Origin: the human T2T-CHM13v2.0 reference genome, Homo sapiens
Assembly: GCF_009914755.1 (NCBI RefSeq)
Contig: NC_060947.1
DNA: 64,000 nt
Direction: 5' to 3' (one strand)
A program made the translations under genes and the position numbers. Below the pieces are notes generated by a model, which saw only the letters and a program-made list of their open reading frames with translations, did no database searches and was not told the origin of the DNA. This document shows positions 43,062 through 56,877 of the stretch, piece after piece (the stretch's first letter is position 1; each line of letters begins with the position of its first letter).

Positions 43062-45363
43062 TCTTCCAAGAACTTTGGGACTATGTTAAACATCCAAACC
43101 TAAGAATAACTGGCTTTCTGAGGAAGAAGAGAAACCTAAAAGTTTGGAAAAGATATTTGAGGAAATAATTGAGGAAAACTTCCCTGGCCTTGCTAGAGAG
43201 CTAGACATCCAAATACAAGAAGCTCAAAGAACACCTGGGAAATTCATCACAAAAAGATCATCACCTAGGTACATAGTCATCAGGTTATCTAAAGTCAAGA
43301 CATAGGAAGGAATCTTAGGAGCTGTGAGACAAAAACATCAGGAAACTTATAAAGGAAAACCTATCAGATTAACAGCAGATGTCTCAACAGAAACCCTACA
43401 AGGTAGAGGGGATTGGGGTCCTGTTTTTAGCCTCCTTAAACAAAACAATTATCAATGAAGAATTTTGTATCTAGTGAAACTAAGCTTCATAAATGAAGGA
43501 AAGATACAATCTTTTCCAGACAAACAAATGCTGAGAGAATTTGCCATAACCAAGCTGGCACTACAAGAACTGCTAAAAGGAGCTCTAAATCTTGAAACAA
43601 ATTCTCAAAATACACCAAAATAGAACCTCCTTAAAGCATAAATCTCACAGGACCTATATAACAATAACACAAACAAAAAAACAAAGTATTCAAGCAACAA
43701 ATAGCATGATGTATAGAATAGTACCTCACATCTCAATACTAACTTTGAATGTGAATGGCCTAAATCCTCCACTTAAAAGATATAGAATGGCAGAATGGAT
43801 AAGAATTCACCAACCAAGTTTCTACTGTCTTCAGGAGACTCGCCTAACACATAAGGACTCACATGAACTTAGATAAAGGGGTGGGAAAAGATAATCCATG
43901 CAAATGGACACCAAAAGCAAGCTGGAGTAGCTATACTAATAACAGACAAAACAAACTTTAGAGCAACAGCAGTTTAAAAAGACAGAGCAACATTATATTA
44001 ATGATAGAAGGACTAGTCCAACAGGAAAATATCACAATTGTAAATATATATGCACCTAACACTGGAGCTCCAAAATTTATAAAACAATTACTACTAGACC
44101 TGAGAAATGAGATACACAGCAACATAATAATAGCGAGGGACTTTAATACCCTACTGACAGCACTAGACAGGTCATCAAGACAGAAAGTCAACAAAGAAAC
44201 AATGGACTTAAAATATGCCCTACACAAATAGACTTAACAGATATATACAGAACATTCTACCCAACAACTGCAAAATATATATTCTATTCCTCAGCACATG
44301 GAACATTCTCCAAGATAGACCATATGATAGGCCAAAAAAAACTCAACAAACTTAAGAAAATTGAAATTATAGCAAGTACTTTCTCAGACCATAGTGGAAT
44401 AAAATTGGAAAGCAACTCCAAAAGCAACCCTCAAAACCATGCAAATACATGGAAATTAAGTAACCTGCTCCTGAGTGATCATTGGGTTAAGAACGAAATT
44501 AAAATGGAAATTTAAAAATTCTTTGCACTAAACAATAATAGTGACACAACCTATCAAAACCCCTGGGATAGATCAAAAGCAGTGCTAAGAGGAAAGTTCA
44601 TAACATTAAATGCCTACATCAAAAAGTCTGAAAGAATACAAATAGACAATCTAAGGTCACACCTCACAGAACTGGAGAAACAAGAACAATCCAAACCCAA
44701 ATCCAGCAAAAGAAAAGAAATAACAAAGATTAGAGCAGAACTAAATGAAATTGAAACAAACAAAAAAAATACAAAAGATAAATGAAACAAAAAGCTGGTT
44801 CTTTGAAAACATAAATAAAATTGATAGACCATTAGTGAGATTAATCAAGAAGAGAGAAGATCCAAAGAAGCTCAATTAGAAATGAAATGGGAAATATTAC
44901 AACTGATACCACAGAAATACAAAATATCATTCAAGGCTACTATGAACACCTTTATGTGCATAAACTAGAAAACCTAGAGGAGATGGATAAATTCTAAGAG
45001 AGAATTGAAATGATAATTTAAAAATTGCCAACAAGCAAAGAATCCGGGATCATAAAGATTCACAGCTGAATTCTATCAGACAGTCAAAGAAGAATTGGTA
45101 CTAATCCTATGGAAACTATTCCAAAAGATAGAGAAAGAGGGAATCCTCTCTGAATGATTCTATGAAGCCAGTATCACCCTAATGCCAAAGCCAGCAAAGG
45201 ACATAACAAAACAAGAAAACTACAGACCAATATCCCTGATAGATGCAAAAATCCTCAACAAAATACTAGCAAACCGAATCCAACAGAATATCAAAAAGAT
45301 AATCCATCATGCTCAAGGTGGTTTCATACAAGGGTTGCAGGGATGGTTTAACATATGTAAGTC

Positions 45364-45685
<322 letters not shown>

Positions 45686-47827
45686 TTAATGTGATACACC
45701 ACATAAACAGAATTAAAAACAAAAATCACACGATCATCTCAATAGATGCAGAAAAAGCATTTGACAAAATCCATCATCCCTTTATGTTTAAAACCCTCAG
45801 CAAAATCAGCATACAAGGGACATACCTTAAGATAATAAAGGCTATCTATGACATACCCACAGCCAACATTATACTGAATGGGGAAAAGTTGAAAGTGTTC
45901 TTCCTGAGAACTGAAACAAGACGAGGATGCCCACTTTCACCATTTCTATTCAACATAGTACTGGAAGTCCTAGCCAGAGCAATCAGACAAGAGAAAGAAA
46001 GAAAGGGCATCCAGATTCGTAGAGAGGATGTCACTGTTTACTGATTATATGGTCATATACCTAGAAAACCCTAAAGACTCATCCAAAAACCTCCTAGAAC
46101 TGGTAAATTAATTCAGCAAAGTTTCAGAATACAAAATTAATGTACACAAATCAGTAGGTCTGCTATACACCAACAGCAGCCAAGCTGAGAATCTAATCAA
46201 GAACTCAACCCCTTTCACAATAGCTGCAAAAAAATAAAATACTTAGGAATATAACTAACCAAGCAAATGAAAGACCTCTATGAGGAAAACTACAAAACAC
46301 TGCTGAATGAAACAATAAATGGCACAAACAAATGGTAACACATTCCATGCTCATGGATGGGTAGAATTAATATTACGAAAATAACCATACTGCCAAAAGC
46401 AATCTACAAGTTCAATTCTCATCACAATACCATCATCATTCTTCATATAACTAGAAAAAACAATCCTAAAATTCATATGGAAGCAAAAAAGAGCCCACAC
46501 AGCCAAAGCAAGATGAAGCAAAAAGAACAAATCTGGAGGCCTCACAATACCTGACTTTGAACTATACTATAAGGCTATAGTCACCAAAACAGCATGGTGC
46601 TGATATAAAAATAGGCACATAGATCAGCAGAACAGAATAGAGAACCTAGAAATAAAGTCAAACACTTAGAGCCAACTGATCTTCAACAAAGCAAACAAAA
46701 ACATAAAGTGGGGAAAGAACACCCTATTCAACAAATGCTGCTGGGATAATTGGCAGGCCACATGCAGGAGAATGAAACTGGATCCTCATCTCTCACTTTA
46801 TACAAAAAATCAACTCAAGATGGATCAAGGACTTAGAAATCTAAGACCTGAAACTATAAAAATTCTAGAAGATAACATCAGAAAAACCCTTCTAGACATT
46901 GGCTTAGGCAAATTTACTTCATGACCAAAAACCTAAAAGCAAATGCAACAAAAACAAAGATAAATAAGTGGGACTTAATTAACTAAAGAGCTTTTGCATG
47001 GCAAAAAGAACAGTCAGCAGAGTAAACAGACAACCCACAGAGAGGAAGAAAATCTTTACAAACTATGCATCTGACAAAGGACTAATATCCAGAATCTATA
47101 AAGAACTCAAACACATCAGCCCCCCAAAAAACCAAAGAATCCCATCAAAACATAGGCTAAGGACATGAATAGACAGTTCTCAAAAGAAGATATATATAAA
47201 CAGCCAACAAACATATGAAAAATGCTCAACATCACAAATTATCAGGAAAATGCAAACCAAAACCACGTGATACCACCTTACTGCTACAAAAATGGCCATA
47301 ATCAAAAAATCAAAAAATAAGAGATATTGGCATGGACATGGTGAAAAGGGAACACTTTTGCACTGCTGGTGGGAATGTAAACTAGCACAACCGCTATGAA
47401 ATACAGTGTGGGGACTCCTTAAAGAACTAAAAGTAGATCTACCATTTGATCCAGCAATCCCACTACTATGTATCTACCCAGAGGAAAATAAGTCATTAAG
47501 CAAAAAAGATGCCTGCACACGCATGTTTATAGCAACACAATTTGCAGTTCCAAAAATATGGAACCAGCCCAAATGCCCATCAGTTAACGAGTGGATAAAG
47601 AAACTGTGGCATATATATATATGGTGAGGTATAAAGGATTACACATTGAGTACAATGTACACTGCTCAGGTGATGAGTGCACAAAAATCTTAGAAATCAC
47701 CATTGAAGAATTTAATAATAAGAATAAAATATAAGAATAAAATAAAAGAATAAAATAAAAATAATACAATAAAAAATAATAAAAAAAGAATAAAAATAAG
47801 AAATGTTTAAAAATTATACTATTCTGA

Positions 47828-49397
47828 GAGTTTGGGCAAATACATACAGCCATGTAACCATCACTTCAATCATCATGTAAAACCATTGATCATCTTCCTA
47901 ATTATCCCAGAGATCTTTTTATAGTCAACCCTTACCCCTGCCCTCAGCTCTTGGTAACTACTTGTCTGTTTCCTTTCCCTATAGTTTTGCCTTTTCTAGA
48001 ACATCCTAAAAATGCAACCATGGAATATGTAGGTTTTTGCATCTGGCCTTTTTTCATTTAGCACAATGCATTTGAGGTTTATCTGTGCTGTTGTACATTA
48101 GCTTTCTATGCCTTTTCGTTGCTTAATAAGATTACATTTTATGGACATGATATAGTTTATCCATTCACAGGTTGAAGGACATTTAGATTGTTTCCAGTTT
48201 TTATGATTATGAATAAAACTGTTATAAACATTTATTTATGGGGTTTTGTATAAACATAACATCATTTCTCTTTTTTAAATATATAGGAGTAGCACTACTG
48301 GGTTGTATGAAGAATGTGTATTTAACTTTAGAAGAAAATGCCAAGCTGTTTTGCAAAATGACCATACCACTAGACCCAGCAGGGTGGCTCCTGCCTATAA
48401 TCCCAGCACTTTGGGAGGCCAAGGTGGGAGGATGGCTTGAGGCCAGGAGTCTGAGACCAGCCTGAGCCCATCTCTGTGAATATATATTTTTTAAATTAGC
48501 CAGGCATGATGGTACACACCTGTAGTCCCAGCTACTTAGAAGGCTGAGGCAGGACAACTTGAGTCCAGGAGTTGGAGGCTGCAGTGAACTATGATCATAC
48601 CACTGTATTCCAGCCTAGGCGACAGAGACCCTGAGTAAAAAAAATGACCATAACATTTTGCATACCCTTGAGCAATATATGAGAGTTCCTGTTACCATCT
48701 CTTCGTACTGTTCATTTTTAAAATTATTATCTCAGACATCCTAATAAGCATATAGCAAAATTCCATTGAAATTTAGATTTCTTTAATGATTAATAAAGTT
48801 GAATATCTTTTATAATGTAGTAAAGTGTCAGTTTAAACCTGTTACCCATTTTTTCTTTTTTTTGTTTTTTTATTATGACTTTTGAGAGTCCTTTATATTT
48901 TTTGTATAGAAGTTCTTTATAAGACATGTGATTTGTAAATATTTTTTCTCAGTCTGTGAGTTGTCTTATTGCTTTCTTACCAGTGTCTTTCACACAGCAG
49001 AAATTTTGAAGTCCAATTTATCAAGTTTGTTCTATTATAGATTGTGCTTTTGGTGTCATATCTAAGAAATCTCTCCCAAACCCAAGGTTACAGAGATTTT
49101 CTCTTATTTTTCCTTCTGGATATTTTATAGGTATTACATTTATATCTTTGATTTATTTTGGGTTAATTTTTGTATATGGTGCAAAGCATGAGCTGAGGTT
49201 CATCTTTTTTGCATATAGATAACAGTTGTTCAAGCACCATTTGTTGAGACTATTCTTTCCCTATTGAATTACTTTGACATCTTTGTCAAAAAGCAATTGA
49301 CCATATATGTGTAGGTCTATTTCTGGATGCTCTCTTTGTTCCCTTGATCTATGTGTTCATTCTGTTGCCAGTAACACAGACTTGATTCTCTCCTCTA
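47828..49397 (-). mobile_element. Old L1M 3' region (its 3' tip lies at ~35430-35486), containing an AluJ at ~48374-48640
   Basis: Continuous across the L1PB TSD; decayed ORF2 3' motifs; Alu TSD AAAATGACCATA. Confidence 0.75.
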
Positions 49398-49412
49398 ACT
49401 TTGTTCTTTTTC

Positions 49413-50048
49413 TTTTTCTTTTTTTTTGAAAAGATACAGTTTTATTAAACAAACCTGGAATCAACAGTATATTACATAAATTAGACAGCAGTAAAATTTT
49501 CCTAGGGCATATGTACAAATCACAGTGATTTCCATTGTGCAACAGACAGGATTAAAAATAGGCACTCCCCTCCCCGACCCCCCATGAGAAGGCGGGGTCA
49601 CCCCCGCAGGGTTCCCAGTTCTGGCTCGCCAAGGGGTGCACAAACCTGCAAAGGCACTTTGCTTGTGTGCGCGGCAACAGGGGCCCCAGAAGCACGTTGG
49701 CAACATGGTGAGGCTGCCCAGTGTTCAGCGCAAAAAAATAATTCAGCTATGGCAGCTGAGCAGAGCTCAACAGCCATCTCAGAGGACAAGGACTGTGGAA
49801 AAGCTTCAAATCTCATCCGCTAAAACACAATTGCAATGCCATTTACATGCAGAACAGACGTCTCCACCATGGAAGATCAAACTAAGCCTGAACAGAACTT
49901 CCCAACACATGATAATTTACAGAAAACCATGACAGAGCATCCCTGCTATTAGGAAGGACTGTTCTGCGGGGTGCAAGGCCATAAGGTTTGCAAAGCAAAC
50001 TTGATTATGAAAAGGCTTGGTGAAAATACAGCCCCTCACCTTCACCAA

Positions 50049-50084
<36 letters not shown>

Positions 50085-50357
50085 GCAAAGAAACTATCCA
50101 AATGCATTAAGACACCTGTTCGTGTGCTTTTCTTCTTGCTTTTGTTAAGTGAATCCCATCCGTTTAAGTTAGACTAATTAGAAGGCCTTCTTGCCTCCGT
50201 CGGCAACAGAGAAAAACAGTGCATACGACTCCTCCAATGTGTGTAAAATGCATGCTAGGTAGATTGAAGGAAAAATGAGAGGAACCCGGGCACCCCACTT
50301 CAAATCTCATGTTTGCTGACTATAAAAATAAATCATAGTAATATTATTGAACATTCT
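49413..50357 (-). pseudogene. 5'-truncated processed retrocopy of an mRNA 3' UTR, parent not identified
   Basis: Poly(A) at 49413-49427, AATAAA at 49441-49446 (minus), perfect 15-bp TSD ACTTTGTTCTTTTTC at 49398-49412 and 50358-50372; non-repeat CpG-containing body with internal (TG)n. Confidence 0.9.
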
Positions 50358-52981
50358 ACTTTGTTCTTTTTCAAAACTGCTTTGGCCATTCTCGTTCTTT
50401 GATTCCGCGCCGCCCCCTCCCCGCCCCCAACCGCTCCCGCCAAGCCTTCAAGGTACTGTTCAGCTCTTAGTGGCTAGTCTGGAACCTGCACTGTGGACTA
50501 CTGCTTAGTTCCGTTCTCGAAGTCTTTCATATTGCTGTTTAGGATCTGATCCTTGCATTTGCAACTTGGGGATGAGCCCAGGGATTTATAAGCAACTTTA
50601 TGGAATTGCTTTCCTGATCTTCTCCCTCTCTACAGTCTCTCAGTCCTTTCCTATTCCTTGTTGCTGTTCTTTTTGGTTCTTCAGCCATAGTGATAGGGCT
50701 TTAGTTACCTGTTTCTGTCACATACTCATCACTACTTTATCTGCGTCCAGGGCCAAGTGGCTGTAAGAAAGAAAGAAAAAATATAATGGTGATCAACTCA
50801 CCCTCTTGAGACCTCAGCTCCTCCAACAGGAGAGAAAGTTCGCCTTCCCTCAGTTTTAGGCAACTACAGCATCCCTGCTAATGCTGATGCTGCCATTAAT
50901 GCTGCTGCCTCTATAATGGAAATGCTTATAACTAGGTCATGAGAGTATGGAAAAAGGAACCAAAAAAACACACAGAGTGTTTACCCCACTGTTTCCTCCT
51001 CAAAACAGAACAAGAAATACTGCTGTTTCTTTAAGAGGAAAAGGAAGATGGCATACCTGGGCTGGAGAAAAATTTTCTCCACCTACCCGTTGTTTCTAGC
51101 AGTATGGCTTCCTCTTCCTCTGTGCCTGTGTAGCCTCCATCCCCAGCTGAACATGGGTGCAGGTTCCTCCTTCCCTGCCTCCTGTGAAGTTTCACTATAG
51201 GCCACAAACTGTGAAAAATCTAAAGTCAACTCTCCCCATGTGTTGGTATTCTTACTTTCTTGGCAAGCAAATTCTGTTCTCCAAAACAGTAGTAGTAGGA
51301 CAACAAGTTGTTCTTAGCAAAGGAAAAAAATCACTTTATTGTTATTTTAGTTTTTTTAAAAAACCAATAAAGTGGCATATTGTATCTGATTATATTGGGA
51401 GGTTTACCATTTTTTTGTTCTGAGGGGGATGGGACCAACCAAGCCATTCACAACGAACATGGGTTCAGAGGAGTTTCTAAATGGAAAGAGATTAATCTGT
51501 AGCACCCAGAAGATAAGCCAAACTATGTCATTTTGAGTGAACAGTCAGGTTGGCAAGGCAATGTACTTGAATTTTCATTCACCTTTTCAGCTACCAAAGA
51601 ATGTTTCTACCCGTCTCTTGACCTAATCATCCTGCAGTTTGGAAAATCAAACTCTCCAATACATGAGATGAGCCAACAGAGCCAGACCATGACCAGGAGA
51701 TAGCTCATCCCAGAGAAGGACATGCTTAACAACAACAACAAAAAATTCAAAACATCTATTTCCTCCACTGCTGGGGACTTTCAACTAGTTAGGCATGTGA
51801 CTTCCTGGTGACTCAGGGGACGAAACTAGTGATGAAACAGCCACCACCATATTGCCAGTAGTGGACAAAAAGAGAAGGAAAGTGAATCTGCCTTACAACT
51901 GCCAGAAGAACCTCAGGATTTGGCATCATCGGGTCAGAAAAGGAAAATCCATGTGTTGTCCTTCTACCCCAGTAGCTGAATTATAGCATTTTGGTCTCCT
52001 GGTATACCTCACATTGGGCAGAAATAGCTATATTAGCATGGATCATAGTTACTGGGCTTTACCTGTTCCCATTGGGCCTTGGTTAGGGAATATCACTTCG
52101 TTGGCTTCAAACATGCTTATCTCACATACAGATTGTAATCTTTCCTTTCTTTTGGGAAATTTTCCTGTATGCAAAACATAGAGTGGCAGGGAGATGCAAT
52201 GTCATGCCCCTTCTCCACAAGGACTTTGGATGTTGGACTTTGCTTTCTTGCCATTACCTAGTGGTTAAAGCCCCATCATTGAAATTTACATAGTTTCTCA
52301 ATTGGTATTTGGGCAACTCTAACTTCCCATGTAGAAACTTTAACTTCCTTATCCCTGTATAGAAAAATCCTTGCCTTTGGCAAGGGGGAGTGGTGGCAAA
52401 GCCTGACGCATCCTGACACCTCATACCCCACGAAGTGCCTTGCCTCCACAAGAAAAAGCAAAGCCAGTGACCAGTTTGGCTGCAGGGCCAGCCCCTTTGC
52501 AACTAGCTTTCCGACATTTTTGTTTTAATTTTTTTTTTTAAGGATAGCTCTTAAGGGGTTGATCCTGAGAGGTTGGGCAGGGGGCTTCCTTCCTAATGCA
52601 CTGTTCTCACTCTCCACCACCACCCCCCAAAAAAAACCTCTTACTAGATATTTGGCCTTCGTAACAAAGGTAAAGAGCCCCAGGTCCCTTTAGCATGCAG
52701 AGTAATGGGGATCCCTCCAGGGCCATTGGCACTTCAAGGTGGTCCCAGACTCATAGGAGATTCTGTTGTCATCTTTCTTAAATAAATTTGAATACCTCAG
52801 AAGTGATTTGGTCACCAGTTCAGTCCTCACCAACACATCACAGGACTCCCTCCTTAGCCCAGTTGCCATAGTTGCTTAGCTATATTCCTCAGCCAGATCC
52901 TTGGAATTGATCCCTCCCACTGGCCCCTATCCACTCAAATCCATTTGCTCTGTGGTTTTTGAGCTGTCTCCATTTCAATGC

Positions 52982-53399
52982 TGCATTAGTCCATTTTGCG
53001 TTGCTATAAGAGACACCTGAGACTGGGTAATTTGTAAAGAAAAGAAGTTTATTTGGTTCATGGTTCTGCCAACTGTACAGACATGGCACCCACATCTGCT
53101 CGGCTTCTGGCAAGGCCTCAGGAAGCTTTTACTCATGGTGGAAGGTGAAGGGAGAGTAGGTGTGTCACATGGCAAGAAAGGGAGTAAGAGAGAGGGGGTG
53201 GTGCCAGGCTCTTTTTAACAATCAGATCTTGTGGTAACTAATAGAGCAAGAACTCACTCATTACCACAAGGACAGCATCAAGCCACTCATAAGGGATCCA
53301 CCTCCATGACCCGAACACCTCCCACTAGGCCCTACCTCCAACATTGGGGATCACATTTGAACATGAGGTTTGGAGGGGATGAACACCCAAACTATCTCA
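52982..53399 (-). mobile_element. MaLR solo LTR (MSTB-like)
   Basis: TGCATTAGTCCATTTTGCGTTGCTATAA...CCAAACTATCTCA; near TSD AATGC/ACTGC. Confidence 0.88.
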
Positions 53400-53944
53400 A
53401 CTGCTGTGATGCCTGAGGATCTTTTTCTTTGGGATTGATGCAATTGTTTTTTCTTAATTTAGCATCTGTTTATTGAAAAAAAAACTAGCCTTAATATTAT
53501 ACCATTAGGAGTTCTCCTAAGCCATACAGTCCTTCCAGCATTGCATTCTGAGCAGATTGAGGCAAGCAGGCTAGGATTCCATGGAGTTATAAAGAGTCTT
53601 CCCTTGGTGAACAGAGCATGACTCATGTCTATGCAGTCTAAGCATGTAAGGGTTGATCAGTTGCTATACATACCTTGGTGCTTCCCAGAGGTCTCACTCC
53701 AGACTGCTCTGCAAATGTGGATAGAGTACACCAGCACCCAGTGTGCATTCATGATTGCCTTAATGAACATTCTCTTGCTATTTTTGGTCTGTCTAGGAGT
53801 AAACAGGGTCTAAGAAGGTGCAAGTCAGGTGACTAGGTTAGCCTCCAATTGAAGTTCCATTTTATGAGGTCCCCAGTAGAAGTGTTGATTGCCTGTTTAG
53901 TCACAGTGAGCTTTAAGTACATAGAAACAGCCCCTGTCTATTAG

Positions 53945-54355
<411 letters not shown>

Positions 54356-55148
54356 TAATGCCAGAAATATAAAATGTGATGCTGTTAAGTCAAAGCGATT
54401 ACTAAAGATCGCAAGCTTAATTTTTAATGTAAATATATAATCTGTTCCCCCTCCTAGTGAGCAAGCATGGCCTACATTTCTCAAGTATAAGTACTTTCAT
54501 GGCAGCCTATAACATATCTCCTCAAAGGAACTCGATCTTTCTTCTGATGCATGTCTTTCAAGCCCAATGCCTACTGTGTCCCAACCACCTCTTCCATTTT
54601 CATATTTCAGTTTTTCATTCCCAGTGAGTTGACCTGACAATGTTGTTTTGAGTGTCAGAGCCATGTTAGGGCCAGAGTTTCTCAGATCAGGAACTCGTAG
54701 TACCATACAGCCAAATTGCCTTTGCCAGGCCACTGCCACCATTACCACCATTGACTCAAGGTGGGCAGATGAATTCTAGAAATCCTTAGGGAGCCAGGAT
54801 AACTGGGTACCCAATTTGGATTGACCACGTGGGCAACAGGAATTTGTCTCTAAGATTCTTGCCTTTATTGACTCCCCGGTGCTGTGGGAAAGTCCTATCT
54901 ATACGTTGATGGCCAGTGACTCCCAATCTTCCCCATGATGGGTTGGCAGAAATCTAATTGGGATTTCTTTGGTTTTGTTTCCTTAGACTTTTTTAATGGG
55001 AGGTTTATTTTGTTTCTGAATAAGAAAAAGAAAAGAATACCATGGCCCTTATGAAGGTTTATAGAGTTTTGAGCAGTATTTCAGCCATAAATAAGCAATC
55101 TTAGAAGTCTTTGATCAACTAAGTAGTCTTAAAAATATGCTTTTTAGG

Positions 55149-55410
55149 GGGCCAGGTGTGGTGGCTCATGCCTGTAATCCCAGCATTTTGGGAGGCAAAG
55201 GTGGGAGGATCACTTGAGCCCGGGAGTTTGAGATCAGCCAGGGTAACATAGCAAGACATTGTCTCTACAAAAAATAAAGAAGAGAAAAATTAGCCAGGCG
55301 TGGTGGGAGGATTGCTTGAGCCTGAGAGGTCAAGGCTGGAGTGAGCTATGATTGCACCACTGCATTCCAGGCTGGGCAATAGAGCAAGACCCTATCTCAA
55401 AAAAAAAAGA
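55149..55410 (+). mobile_element. AluJ with right-arm deletion
   Basis: GGGAGGATCACTTGAGCCC and CAAGGCTG J-type motifs. Confidence 0.85.
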
Positions 55411-55849
55411 ATTTTTTTCTAACTACTACTGAAAGTGACTGAGTGCAAAAGAGTAGGTTTCTCCATTGTATTCAAAATAATGAGTAGGTCCCAAAATATA
55501 GATAGTAGTAGTTGACATATTTCCTCAAAAAGCAGCCAGGAAACTCACTTCAGTATTTGTTTGTATATCAGCTTACAAAAGAAGAAGTGAACCTATACTC
55601 CATGTATTTCTAGCTTAATTACCAAGTAGATTAATGGTTGCCTAGGGGTAGAGGGAAGGTGGAAATATAGAATGACTGCTAATAGGCAAGGAGTCTCTTG
55701 TAGGTGATGAAAATGTCATAAAATTAGATTGTGGTGATGGTTGCACAACTTAGTGAATATACTAAAAACCAATGAATGATAGACTTTAAATGGATGATTA
55801 TGTAAGTGAATTATATCTCAATTTTTTAGAAACGAAGTAAAAGTGGAAA

Positions 55850-56866
55850 TGTTTCTATCTTTACAGATTTGCTTATTCTGAACATTTCATATAAAAGGAA
55901 TCAGAATCATATAAACTCTGGTCTTTTGTAATTGCCTTCTTTTACTTAACATAACATTTTTAAGGTTTATCCAGGTTGTAGTGTTATTCTATTTTATTGT
56001 TGAATAATATTTTGTTGTATGGATATACCACATTTTCTTTATCCATTCATCAGTTGATGGACATTTGAATTGTTTCCCCCTTTTGGCTATTGTGAATAGT
56101 GCTGCTATGAACATTCATGTACAAATTTTTGTTTGAATACCTGTCTTCAATTCTTTCATGTATATACCTATGAGTGGGATATCTGGGTTATATAGTTACT
56201 CTATGTTTCACTTTTCAAGGAACTGCCAAACTGTCTTCCAAAGTGGCTGCAACATTTTACATTCTTACTAGCAATGCTGGAGGATTCCAATTTCTCCACA
56301 TCATTGTCAACATTTGCTATTATCTCTCTTTTCTATTATAACCACCCTAATGGATATAAAGTGGTATCTCCTTGTGGTTTTTTACTTGCATTTTCCTAGT
56401 GATTAATGATGTTAAGCATCTTTTCACGTGCTCATTGGCCATTTGTACATCTTTTCTAGGGAAACATCTATTCATATCTTTTGCCCAATTTTTAATTAGT
56501 TCAGTTGTCTCTTTTATTGTGGTAAAATATAAATAACATAAAATTTATCATTTTAACCATTTTTAAACACATAGTTCTGTGGCATTAAGTACATTCCCAT
56601 TGTTGTGAAACCATTACCACTGTCATCTCCAAAACGTTATCATCTTCCCAAACTGAAACTCTTTAACTATTAAACACTAACTCCCCATTCTTCTTCCCAG
56701 CCCCTGGCAACCACCATTCTACATTCTGTCTCTAAGAATTTGACTATTCTAAGTACCTCATATAAATGGAATCTTACAATATTTTTTATGAATGGCTTAT
56801 TTTACTTAGCATAATGTCTTCAAGGTTCATCCATGTTGCAGCATGAATCAGAATTTTATTTCTCTT
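55850..56866 (-). mobile_element. L1MB-like 3' fragments (second one continues at 60112-61410)
   Basis: L1M 3' UTR motifs; sequence resumes after the TSD at 60101-60111. Confidence 0.75.
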
Positions 56867-56877
56867 TAAGGCTGAAT

